This document shows, piece by piece, positions 53,217 to 64,000 of a stretch of DNA of 64,000 bases. Location of the stretch: the NCBI GenBank assembly GCA_013239625.1, contig MU054001.1, positions 7,510,746 through 7,574,745 on the forward strand. Reading direction: 5' to 3'. Numbering within the stretch: the stretch's first letter is position 1; the number at the start of each line of letters is the position of its first letter. Origin of the DNA: Lama guanicoe. Its lineage: Eukaryota. The notes beneath the pieces are model-generated. The model was not told where the DNA came from. It saw only the letters and a list, made by a program, of their open reading frames with translations, and made no database searches. A program made the position numbers and the translations under genes.

Positions 53217-56200
53217 AAACAGTTCTATGTTTACAGTTCTCATTTCATTTTTAATTCTCTTGGGTTTGATCTGTTATTGATTATTCACAGGTTTCAAATA
53301 TTGTGTTTTGATTTTTTTCTTCTTTTTATCAAGGTTTTTAAAAGACATTTCAACTCGATTACTATTCTGCTTCAAATTGCTCTTCTATTATTGATTATAC
53401 ACTGTTTTCAAACCTTCTTTTCTTCCATTCTTTTAAAATTCTCTCTCTCTCGTTTTAAAGTTTTATTCCCACATAGGCTTTAGATAGATAAATAAATAAA
53501 CTCCTTTAAGGACCACAATAGATAACTGATACTCCTTAAGCCACAGTGCCAGAGAGATATGAGCAGTATGAAGAAGCAGAGGCAGTATTCCCAATTAAAA
53601 GGGCAAAGGAAATCCCCTGAAAAACGATCAATGAAATAGACATTGATGGCCTACTAGATCAAGATTTCAAAAAAGAAGTGATCAAATTACTGAAGGAACT
53701 AAATGAGATAGTGTTTAGAGACATAAAATATGTCAAAAACAAAATAGAATCTATAAAGAAGAGCAAAGTAGAATTCATAAATTCATTGGCTGAAATGAGA
53801 TCTGACCTAAAGGGTCTTCATAGCAGGCTAGATAATGCAGAGGAACGAATAAGAGACCTAGAAGACAGGACAACAGAAAGCACCTAATCAGAATAGCTGA
53901 GAGAAAAACAAATAAAAAACAAAGAAAACAATATAAGGAACGTATGGGGTAATATAAAGTATGCCAATATATGTATAATAGGGGTTCCAGAAGGGGAAGA
54001 AGGAACAAAGGGGATGAAAAAGCTATTTAAAGAAATCATGACTGAAAACTTCTCAAACCTAAAGGAGGAATCAGACAGCCAAGTACAGGAGGCTCAGAGG
54101 TTCCCAAACCGGAAGAGCCCAAAAAGACCCACACCAAGACATATCATAATCAAGATGGCCAGACTGAAGGATAAAGAAATGATCCTAAAGGCAACAAGAG
54201 AAAAACAAAGAGTGAGTTACAAGAGAAGGCTCTCAGCTGATTTCTCTACAGAAACACTACAGGCCAGAAGGGAGTGGCAAGATATATTCAAAGTCCTGAA
54301 TGAAAAAAAAGATGCAGCCTAGGATACTTTCTCCAGCAAGGCTATCCTTTAGAATAGAAGGAGAGATAAAGAATTTCACAGAGAAGCAAAAATTAAAAGA
54401 CATTAGCAACACTAAACCCATGCTAAAATAAATATTGAAAAGTCTTTTCTAAATAGAAAAGAAGCACAATGCTACAGAAATGAGAACTCATAACTGGAAA
54501 GGTGATAACTACCATGAATTACAAATAGAATAAACATGAAATTGTAAAAGAAGACATCTAAATCGTTGAGTGGGAGGGGGAAGCAAGAAAATATAGGGTA
54601 TTATTTTCTTTCTTTTTTTTATTTAAATTTTTTGTTCTCGTTAGGATGGGTTTGAGATTACATTACTATCTGTTTAGTACACACAGTTACAGTAATTTGT
54701 TAACAGACTTACAAAAAAGTGTAACCACAAGCCAAAAACTTACAAGTGAGTCATAAAAACTAAATACAATCCAAGACAATACAAAGGAAAATTACCATAT
54801 CACAAAAGGAAGAAGAAAGGAACAAAGAAGAAATACCAAATCAACTGCAAAAATAAGTTCAAAATAGCAATAAACACTCATCTATCATTAATTACTGTAA
54901 ATGTTAATGGACTAAATGCTCCAGTCAAAAGACAGAGTGGCAGACTGGATAATAAAGCAAGAACCTTCAATACACTGCATACAAGAGACACACTTTAGGG
55001 AGAAGGACACATATAGATTGAGAGTGAATGGATAGAAAAGGATATTCCATGCAAACGGAAATGCCAATAAAGCAGGTGTAGTAGTACTGATTTCAGACAA
55101 AATAGACTTTAAAACAAGGGCCATAAAGAAAGATAACTAAAGACATTTTATAATGATGAAAGGAGCAATACAAGATGAGGATATTACAATCATTAATATA
55201 TATGCACCCAACATGAGCACCTAAGTACATAAAACAACTACTAACAGAGATAAAGGGGGAAATTGATGGGAATACAACCATTGTCAGAAATTTTAACACC
55301 ACATTAACATTATTAGAGAGATCTTCCAGACAGAAAATAAAAAAGACAACAGAGAAATTAAATGATACAATAGAAAAATTAGATTTAGTGGATATTTTCA
55401 GAGCATTACAACCCCCCAAAATAGGATATGCATTCTTTTCAAGTGCGAGTGGAAAATTTTCTAGGATTGATCATGTACTTGGTCACAAAAGAAACCTCAA
55501 CAATTTTAAGAAGATAGAAATTATCTCAAGCATCTTTACTGACCACAATGCCATCAAAACTAGAAATCAACTACAGAGAAACAAAGGAGAAAAGAAAGGA
55601 AAGCATAGAGATTAAACAACATGGTATTAAAAAACCAATGGGTCAATGATGAAATCAAAGTTGAAATTAAAGAATACCTTGAGACAAATGAAAATGAAAA
55701 CACAAACACACAAAACTTATGGGACGCATTATGGGACGAAAGCAGTGCTAAGAGGAAAGTTTAGGGCGATACAGACTTTCCTCAAAAAAGAAGAACAATA
55801 TCAATTAAACAATCTAACCCACCAACTAAAAGAACTAGAAACAGAAGAGCAAAAACACCCAAAAGTCAGCAGAAGGAAGGATATAATAAAGATCAGGGAG
55901 GAAATAAATAAAATAGAGACTAAAAAGAATAAAGAAAATAATCAGTCAAACCAAAAGCTAGATTTTTGAAAGAATAAATACAATCAACAAACCTCTGGCA
56001 AAACTCACAAAGAAGAAAAATGAGAGAGCATAGATTTGCAAAATAAGAAAGGAAAATGGAGAAATTACAACAAATAACAGAGAAATACAGGATATCATAT
56101 GAGGATATCATGAAAAACTACATGGGAATAAAATGGATAACCTAGAGGAGACGGACAAGTTTCTGGAAACATACAGTCCACCAAGACTGAATCAAGAAGA

Positions 56201-58528
56201 AACTGACCACTTGAAAAAACCGATCACTAGGATTGAAATCGAATTAACAAGAAAGAAACCACCCTAGAAATAAAAGTCCAGGATTGGACAGCTTCACCAG
56301 GGAATTTTACCACACATACAAAGACGAATTCATGCCAGTCCTTCTCAAACTCTTCTAGAAGATTGAAAAGAAGTAATATTCCCAAACTCATTCTATGAAG
56401 CCACCATCACCCTGATACCAAAACCAGCCAAAGACACCACCATAAAAGAGAATTACAGACCATTATCACTGATGAACACAGATGCAAAAAGTCCTTACCA
56501 AAACACTAGCAAATAGAATCCAACAACACATAAAAAAGATTATACATCATGCTCAAATGGGGTTCATCTCAGGAACACAAGGGTGGTTCAAAATATGCAA
56601 ATCAGTGAATGTAATACTTCACATCAACAAGAGAAAGGACAAAAACCACATGATCATCTCAACAGATGCAGAAAAGCTTTGGATAAATTTCAACACCCAT
56701 TTATGATAAAAATACTCACCCAAGTGGGTATTGAGGGAACATATGTCAACATCATAAAAGCTATATGTGACAAACCTACAGCCAGAATAGCACTCAACGG
56801 TGAAAAATTCAAAAGTTTCCCACTAAAATCTGGGACAAGACAAGGATGCCCACTAACACCACTCCTATTCAACATAGTCTTGGAAGTCCTGGCTACAACA
56901 ATCAGGCAAGTAAGAGAAGTTAAAGGGGTCTAAATTTGAAAAGAAGAGGTAAAAGTGTCACTATATGCAGATGACACGATACTATATATAGAAAACCCTA
57001 AAAGGTCCAAACAAAAACTACTAAAGCTGAACGAAGATTTTAGCAAAGTAGCAGGTTACAAGATTAATGTTCAAAAATCAGTTGCATTTCTTTACACTAA
57101 TGATGAATCAACAGAAAAAGAAAGTAAAGAAATAATCCGCTTTAAAATAGCACCCAAAGTAATAAAATATCTAGGAATAAATCTAACCACAGAGGCAAGA
57201 GAATTATACACAGAAAACTATAAACCATTGGTGAAGGAAATTAAAGAAGATTTTAAGAATTGGAAAGGTATCCCATGTTCCTGGATTGCAAGAATCAATA
57301 TTGTTAAAATGGTCACACTGCCCAAGGCAACGTACAGATTTAATGCAATCCCTATCAAATTACCCCCGACATATTTCATAGAACTAGAACAAATCACAAT
57401 AAAATTTATATGGAACGATCAAAGACATAGAATTTCCAGGGCATTACTGAAGAAAAAAAGAGCCTGGAGGAATAACTCTCCCAGTCTTGAGACAATACTA
57501 TAGAGTTACAGTCAACAAGACAGCATGGTATTGGTACAAAAACACAGATGTAGACCAATGGAACAGAGTAGAGAGCCCAGAAATGAACCTACAAATTTTT
57601 GGTCAACTAATCTTCGACAAAGGAGGCAAGAATATACAATGGAATAAAGACATTCTCTTCAGCAAGATAAACATAAGACAAGATACAAAAACCTCTTAGA
57701 AGAAAATACAGGCAAAATATTTGAAATACATCTCAGAAATATTCCCCTAGGGCAGTCTACACAAGCAATAGAAATAAAAGCAAGAATAAACAAGTGGGGC
57801 CTAATGAAACTTAAAAGCTTCTATACAGCAAAGGTCACCATAAGTAAAACTAAAAGACAACCTACAGTATGGGAGAACATTTTTCCAAATGAAACTGACA
57901 AAGGTTTGATCTCCAGAATATATAAGCAGCACATATGACTTAACAAGAATCAACCAAATAACCCAATCCTAAAATGGGCAGAAGACCTAAACAAGCAATT
58001 CTCCAGGGAAGACATACAAATGATCAATGGGCACATGAAAAAATGCTCAATATCACTAATCATCAGAGAAATGCAAATCAAAACTACAATGAGGTATCAC
58101 CTCAAACCAGTCAGAATGGCCATCATTCAAAAATCCACAAATGACAAATGCTGGAGAGGCTGTAGAGAAAGGGGAACCTCCTACACTTCTGGTGGGAATG
58201 CAGTTTGGTTCAGCCACTGTGGAAAAGAGTATTGAGTTTCCTCAAAAGACTAGGAATAGACTTCCCATATGACCCAGGAATCACGCTCCTTTGGCATATA
58301 TCCTGAAGGAACCCTACTTCAGGATGACACCTGCACCCCAGTGTTCATAGCAGCACTATTTACAATAGCCAAGACATGGAAACAGCCTAAATGTCCATCA
58401 ACAGATGACTGGCTAAAGAAGTGGTATGTTAATACAATGGAATACTACTCGGCCATAAACACTGACAATATAGGGCCATTTGCAGGAACATGGATGTTCC
58501 TGGAGAATGTCATTCTAAGTTACGTAAG
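53217..58528 (+). mobile_element. Younger lineage L1: partial 5'UTR, disrupted ORF1 (~53559-54452) and ORF2 (~54864 onward), no 3'UTR or polyA
   Basis: ORF1 peptides PRHIIIKMARLKDKEMILKA and LSADFSTETLQARREW. ORF2 endonuclease and RT peptides [30 protein letters not shown] and SLYADD. Many frameshifts and stops, and the ORF2 start codon appears to be ATG>ATA. Confidence 0.95.
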
Positions 58529-58557
58529 CACAGTAACAAGGAATAAAGAAAAGTTAC

Positions 58558-58692
58558 CTCCAGGTACAGTTATTTTGATTAAAATATCCACACAGAAAGC
58601 AAGTCACCCCCACGACTGCTGCCAGGAGGAGCATCTGAGTGTAATAGCCCAGCCAAGCAAAGTAGATTCCAACTGTCTCTCCATAGAATTTC
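58558..58692 (-). pseudogene. ANO6: ANO6 pseudo-exon 8 (135 bp, open frame, TM1 region)
   Basis: ctgcag|GAAATTCTAT...ACCTGGAG|gtaact, reading KFYGETVGIYFAWLGYYTQMLLLAAVVGVTCFLCGYFNQNNCTW. Confidence 0.96.
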
Positions 58693-58759
58693 CTGCAGAA
58701 AGACAGAAGGTAGTTTCAGAAGACACACAATCACTCTGTAGGTTCATCTTCATGTCAAT

Positions 58760-58890
58760 TTCTTTTTTCTTTGTTTTTTTGGGGGGCATAATTAGGTGTA
58801 TTTATTTGTTTTTTAAATGGGGGCTTTGGGGATTGAATCCAGGACCTCATGCATGCTAGGCATGCACTCTACCACTGAGCTATACCCTTC
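58760..58890 (-). mobile_element. tRNA-derived SINE, camelid Vic-1-like
   Basis: Reverse complement reads GAAGGGTATAGCTCAGTGGTAGAGTGCATGCCTAGCATGCATGAGGTCCTGGATTCAATCCCC...AAATAAATACACCTAATTATGCCCCCC plus an A tail. Confidence 0.88.
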
Positions 58891-61330
58891 TTCCACCATA
58901 TTACTTTCTGATTCTAAATCAAGGGGGCTTTTAGTTTAAACCTCTGACTCAATTCACACTTAAAACATAAGCGTTTTCATAGCAGCCCCCAAATTCTACC
59001 GTGAAATAAGAAGTATTTTACGTATCATAGAAGTACAGATCACTGTTTCACCTGCTGAAGAGAGATAAATGAGAACAGAGCAAAGGAGGGGACGAGGCTG
59101 ACTCTGGAGCAGATGCAGGGGATCAGCACCACTCACTGGACAGTCTGGCACATTCAACAAATCCCCCCAAAATCATTCTTAACAGGCTTGACACAAGTGG
59201 ACAACAACAACTGGCTCAGTCATCTGCTCCTGCCTTATCTCGGGAAATTCCCTGGAGCAAATGCATCGTAAACCACAGATAATAAGGAAATGGCTGATAA
59301 TGATAACCACTGGGAGTGCAATGTCTGTCTGACAAAGTATTTATAAAACTCATTGTGGAAATGGGAGAGGGCAGGAGGGATGTGACTGAGGAAGGTACTG
59401 CCCTGTATTCTTTGTATCAAACATGTCTGTTGTTCCTAGGTTTTAAAAACTCCTCAATGTTTCTCAGTTTATCTGGAGTAGACAGAACACTCCAGGGAGG
59501 CAAGATGAGAAGAAAGGAGGCAGGGCATGAAGCGGGGCCAGGCTGGTCCTGAAAGGGAGACAGACACAGACAGGCAGACACAGAGGGTTTAGGGATGAGG
59601 CGGAACAATGAGACGGCGGCTCAGGTGTGTCTTGCTGTTGCTGATACTTCCCTCAACTGGCTCACTGCTGACTCGGCAGTGCTGGGTGAAACCTGTGGAT
59701 TTCCTCAGCGCTGAGTTCTCTCTGAGGCTTCCGGCTCAGTCTGGAGCTGAGATGAGCTCTGAGGGCTTAGTCTAGGGGGGACTCAGCTCTGAGAACAGCC
59801 TGCAGTCCTGGGAAACTTCACGCAGGAACCCCCTTGGGCTGGACCAGCGCTCACAGGGCTGCTGTGAGACCAGCTCCATCGTCGGAGACCTTGGCGTGGA
59901 TGATTCCATGGGGAAAATGGCTGAGCCCGATGCCAAATCAGATAGGAGGGACAACGTGTGTTCATTCTCATGTGACTGGGCTTTGTGGCCTGACTCAAGG
60001 ATGGCAGGCTCAGGATGGTGTCTGGCACAGAAAACCCTGGCAGTGGGTTTGAGATGTCTTGGACTCTTTCTTGTTAAGCTTTTTGTAATACATTCTTATC
60101 AACTATCCGTCCTGAAAATGCCACATTCAAAACTGAAAGAATGTTAGAAGTTGCCTGCTCCAACTAGCCAGTGGTAAACACACCCTGCTACAGTTAGAGA
60201 GCGGGTCAGGCAGTCTCTGCCTGGATATTTACAGTGACGGGGAGTTCATTACTTCCAAAGGTTACATGTTGGCAAGAAAGTCAGAAAGAATTTTTGAACC
60301 TTAAACAGATGTCTGCCTCCTATTCCTTGCTGAATGTCTAGGAATAATGAGGATCCCTTCAAATGTAGTTTTGTCTGATTGTTATCTCTCTCTGTCAAAA
60401 ACACCCCAATACTTAACATCAATTTTTCAAAATTCAGCTTTGATTTCTTTTTATCAAAGTTATACCATTCATTCATTAAAGAGTCAAACAGTTCTTGAAC
60501 AGCGATTGTAAAAAGGAGCAGTTCCCAACAACTGCCCCATTTCCTGGCCAGAAGCAACCACGTTCAGCTCCTACTGATGACTCTTGGAATAATTACTCCC
60601 TATCTCTGATTAATATCCTTGTAACACAGCCTACTGGCTTTTTCAGCTTTATGTATCACCTATTTAACTAATTTGGAAAATGAGGATTAAGCTCTCTTTC
60701 AAACCCCATCTCATCTACACACCCAAACCTTCATTCTTCCAACCTGTTGATACAATTACATTATAATTTTGATCAGCTCAGTAGCCTTGCTTTATATTAT
60801 TAGGACTCTGTACAGACTGTTCACAGCTGTAGCAAGTTGCCCGCTAGGCTTACTTTTTCCTTCCCTACTTTGTTTTTCCTGGAGTTAATAACTGTCTTGG
60901 TCTTTCATAGCTTAGATTTCTGTGCACTTAACAATTCAACCCCAGACCTTCTCCTAATGAATAACTTTCTCAATACTTTCCAATACATTGTCTACAAATT
61001 TCACCTCCTTGAATAAATCTCTTCAGATCTCCTTCAACCTGGATTAACGACATGATAGACTTGTCACAGAGCTCAAGGGGCCACTAGTGGGAAGCAACAA
61101 AGGGAACACATGGGCCAGGAGCAGGGAACATATCAACATATTTTCCTTAGCAAAACACACTTAAAATAGTGGGAAAATTGTTTTCTTTACAAACACAAAC
61201 ACACACACAAATCCCAAATGCCCATAAAGAATGATTAAAGAGCCGTCAAACCCATTGCCCTGCCATCAAATATTGTATAACATAAAACAAAAATAACAGA
61301 AGGAAAATATCATATAAATATGAATCTCAA

Positions 61331-61437
61331 GGGTGATGGTGTGCACTCAGTGGCAGAGTGTGTGCTCAGCGTGCATAAGGTCGTAGATTCAATCTTCGGT
61401 ACCTCCATTAGAAAAAAAAATTAAAAAGAAAAGAAAA
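61331..61437 (+). mobile_element. Diverged tRNA-derived SINE, Vic-1-like
   Basis: CTCAGTGGCAGAGTGTGTGCTCAGCGTGCATAAGGTCGTAGATTCAATC...GTACCTCCATT plus an A tail. Confidence 0.8.
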
Positions 61438-62449
61438 ATGTATCAACTTTAAATATTTACATATGTACAAACATCCTCTTTTAAAACTGTGTTCTACTGA
61501 ATAACCCGGGTTAATGAGAAAGTACCTCTTCATGACTGTGATCCTGCTGATAACTGAGGGAGGAAATTAGAGTATGACCACATGAAATAAAAGCCCTTAT
61601 GAAATAATGATCTTGGGTGACAATCATTATTGGCTGCTGTCATCACAAAAAAGAGAGTCAACTGGACATTATGTACATTATGACAGGAGTACAAAACTTC
61701 ACATAACAAGTATTCTTGCACAAAGTTGAACCTCAATCAGATCAAGCTTTTAGGGGAGGATCAAATCACTTAGCTAAAGCAAATACATAGGATAGAGAAA
61801 CAAGTCCAACACCACAGGGGAGAATGAAATCAGCCAAACAGGAAATAGAGAAACCCCTCAGCAATTTCAAGGAAAATGAGAAACAGGAAAATTATAGATT
61901 AGAACCCACTTGAGAGATATGCTAGCTGCAATGTCTGAACCTAGTCTGGATCCTGATTTCATCCCCAAAACTACTTAAAAGTGTATTTTTGTGACAATGA
62001 GAGAATTAATTTCTAACCCTAAAAAAAAAGGAATATTCCAATTGTGTTTGAAAGAGACCTTGTCATTTCACTAATGAAAGGTTAATCTATGTAGGATTAT
62101 CTTCAAAATGATTCCGTAGTGGGAGAGGGGAGGAGGTGGAGATGAAAGATGCAACAAAAGTGACTCTGAGTTTTTAATTCTGGAGCTGGGTGACTGATAC
62201 AGGCAGGCTGGCTGTGCTGTTCTCTCTACTTCTGTACATGTTTGAATCTTTCCATAATATGTGAAACAAACAAAAAGACTTCTGTGTTTTAAAACCCTCA
62301 CTTTGAAGGTTAAGAAGTTTGCCCAAGTAGGTGGGCACCTGCATGGGGCACTGAGATTAGAAAGAACAAGCACCTGGCTCCAGGCAGACCTGGGGCGAAC
62401 TTGACCCTCCACTTCTCACCATCCACAGCCAGCCCATAACTGCATCCTG

Positions 62450-63070
62450 TCAGCTCCACTCCCCAAACGCATTCCTCCCTGGCTCCCACCATCTCTCATC
62501 TGGCCCACTCCAAGAGCATCCTACCCAGCCTCCCTGCTTCCTGGGTCCCTGCAATTCATTCTCCACATTATCTTTGCAAAATGTAAGTGAGAGAAAATTA
62601 CTTTAGTGTTTAAACAATCATGACTGCTTCTCACTGCACTTAGAGTCTACACCACTTTTGGTGCTCCTGATGCCCTTCTAAACCTCGCATCTCATCACTC
62701 TCACCAGCGCTGGTTCCAGTATCTCCTCAAACCTGCTGAGCACATTTGTACCTGGGGCCAATGGAAAAGCTGCCTCTATTCCTGGGGTGACTTTTCCCAG
62801 ATCCTCAAAGTCCAGCCTCCTTATCACCATCTCAGCTCACATGCAACCTCCGCAAAGATAGCTTTCTTGACTCACTTCCCCCCAAGTCTCCCATCTCAAC
62901 ACTGTTATTTCCTTCACTTCAATCTGACATTGTTTCCTTATTCGCCCGATATTTTTGTTTGCTCGGTTGTCCTTGGCCTCCCTCCCCCCAGCAGCCTTGC
63001 CCAAACAGCATAAGCTCCCGGGAAGCAGCCGGCACTGCTGCTCTGAGAAGACACATGCTGAGTGTGACAT
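62450..63070 (+). mobile_element. L2 LINE relic
   Basis: C/T-rich L2-like blocks (CACCATCTCTCATCTGG, TCTCAGCTCACATGCAACCTCC). Boundaries are approximate. Confidence 0.55.
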
Positions 63071-63171
63071 TACAGTCACATGGTGTAGTGAAACGGTGTC
63101 GAACAGCAGATACAGCAAAGCAGTGAGAATTTCTCTTATTTTATACTTTAAGTGAAACGTAACATTTACTC

Positions 63172-63590
63172 CTGTTTAATGAAGAATTTGGTAGGTCTTT
63201 GGTCCCAGTTCCTGGACGGCAACCCCTAAAGACTTGAAATTTCCCAAGATAGGAGTGCCTTTGCTATTCATGGTGGACCCCTGTTTGGCTTGTGTTCATG
63301 GGATAACTCAGGATGGGGACTGGCCAGCCAGAGACACCAACCATGTGATTAGAGGAGTGGGGCTTTGAGCTTTGTGACAAGTGAGTGACCACCAGGGGAG
63401 GAAGGGGCTGAACGGTTAGGGCTAAGGAAAGGTTTGACTTACAGTTAGGGTTTGGGTTCGCCATGTCGGTAGTGACCCAATAAATCATGGCTTTGTTATA
63501 AAGCCTCCAGTAAAAACTTGGGGCAACAAAGCTCAGAGCTCCTGTAAGCTTTCTGTTTGGTAACACTCTTGGAGGACTGTCACACTCAGA
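63172..63590 (+). mobile_element. MER21-like LTR relic
   Basis: GAATTTGGT...GTCCCAGTTCCTGG...GATAGGAGTGCCTTTGCTATTCATGGTGG...ACCAACCATGTGATTAGAGG. The family assignment is tentative. Confidence 0.6.
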
Positions 63591-63646
63591 TGCCGTGAGG
63601 GCAAACCTGATCCCTTCCCACTGGAGTGCTCTCCTCAACAGCTCAC

Positions 63647-63761
63647 CTGATGAGATCGAAGGGCTGCTTCTTGTCTATGCTTCGAGGAGAAGCCCATTCC
63701 CTGTACAGAAGGCCCTGTTCGCGGGGGCAGCTGATGTCCTCTGCCGGAGGCTGAAGTTGCA
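63647..63761 (-). pseudogene. ANO6: ANO6 pseudo-exon 7 (115 bp, 1-bp deletion)
   Basis: cccag|TGCAACTTC...CTCATCAG|gtgagc. After a -1 shift it reads AEDISCPREQGLLYREWASPRSIDKKQPFDLI, versus human SEDPSCPNERYLLYREWAHPRSIYKKQPLDLI. Confidence 0.92.
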
Positions 63762-64000
63762 CTGGGAAGCAGAAGCAAACAGGTGAGCATCGCTGTCACA
63801 ACGTGATCACATGTTCTGTTGATAAAATGTGGTGCTAACACTTTGTGGTCATTTGTAAATAAGGGACCTTCACTTGCCAGAATGTATGGAGGTACCATAT
63901 AATTTTTCATAATTTTCACCCAGGATTAATACTAACCCCTTGAGGGTCATTTGCAAACATAGGTGGAAAGGAATGCCTGGATGTTACTGTCCTGGAACCA

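Larger units (their letters stand above)
12337..63761 (-). pseudogene. ANO6: Unprocessed anoctamin-6 (TMEM16F) pseudogene, exons ~7-18, 3'-truncated by satellite; probably continues 5' beyond the window
   Basis: Ten collinear minus-strand exon remnants with AG acceptors translate to ANO6-like peptides (e.g. [85 protein letters not shown]). They carry multiple frameshifts, stops and splice mutations. Confidence 0.95.

Noticed and set aside
53559..58528. Reverse transcriptase/endonuclease ORFs as an active or novel RT system
   Set aside because: This is an ordinary LINE-1 ORF1/ORF2 broken by many frameshifts and stops and lacking its 3' end.
58269..58859. Longest ORF (196 aa, + strand) as an L1-host fusion gene
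   Set aside because: It is read-through from the L1 ORF2 tail across the truncation point into the antisense strand of ANO6 exon 8 and a SINE, with no evidence of a real gene.
12337..63761. A functional ANO6 gene with sequencing errors
   Set aside because: Lesions affect nearly every exon and include multi-base deletions, stops, splice-site loss and many non-conservative substitutions, far beyond plausible error rates.

Overview
Mammalian genomic DNA, most likely camelid, inferred from Vic-1-like tRNA-derived SINEs and artiodactyl-type L1 3' ends. Bases 1-~12335 are a tandem satellite of about 50 monomers of ~248 bp, with visible subfamily layers and degenerate higher-order repeats. The rest of the window (~12337-64000) is an unprocessed, intron-containing ANO6 (TMEM16F, Ca2+-activated phospholipid scramblase) pseudogene on the minus strand. 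Exons equivalent to human 7, 8, 11-17 and the first ~7 codons of exon 18 are recognisable in order. They carry frameshifts, premature stops and dead splice donors. Exons 9-10 were not found, and the gene is cut inside exon 18 at the satellite junction. The introns hold a near-full-length lineage L1, an old L1M with a 550-bp tandem duplication, solo LTRs (one MER41-like with a GAS motif), SINEs, MIR, L2 and MER5 relics, plus two assembly gaps. No intact protein-coding gene or prokaryotic-type system is supported. Exon numbering and reference lengths come from my recollection of human ANO6, not from an alignment run here.
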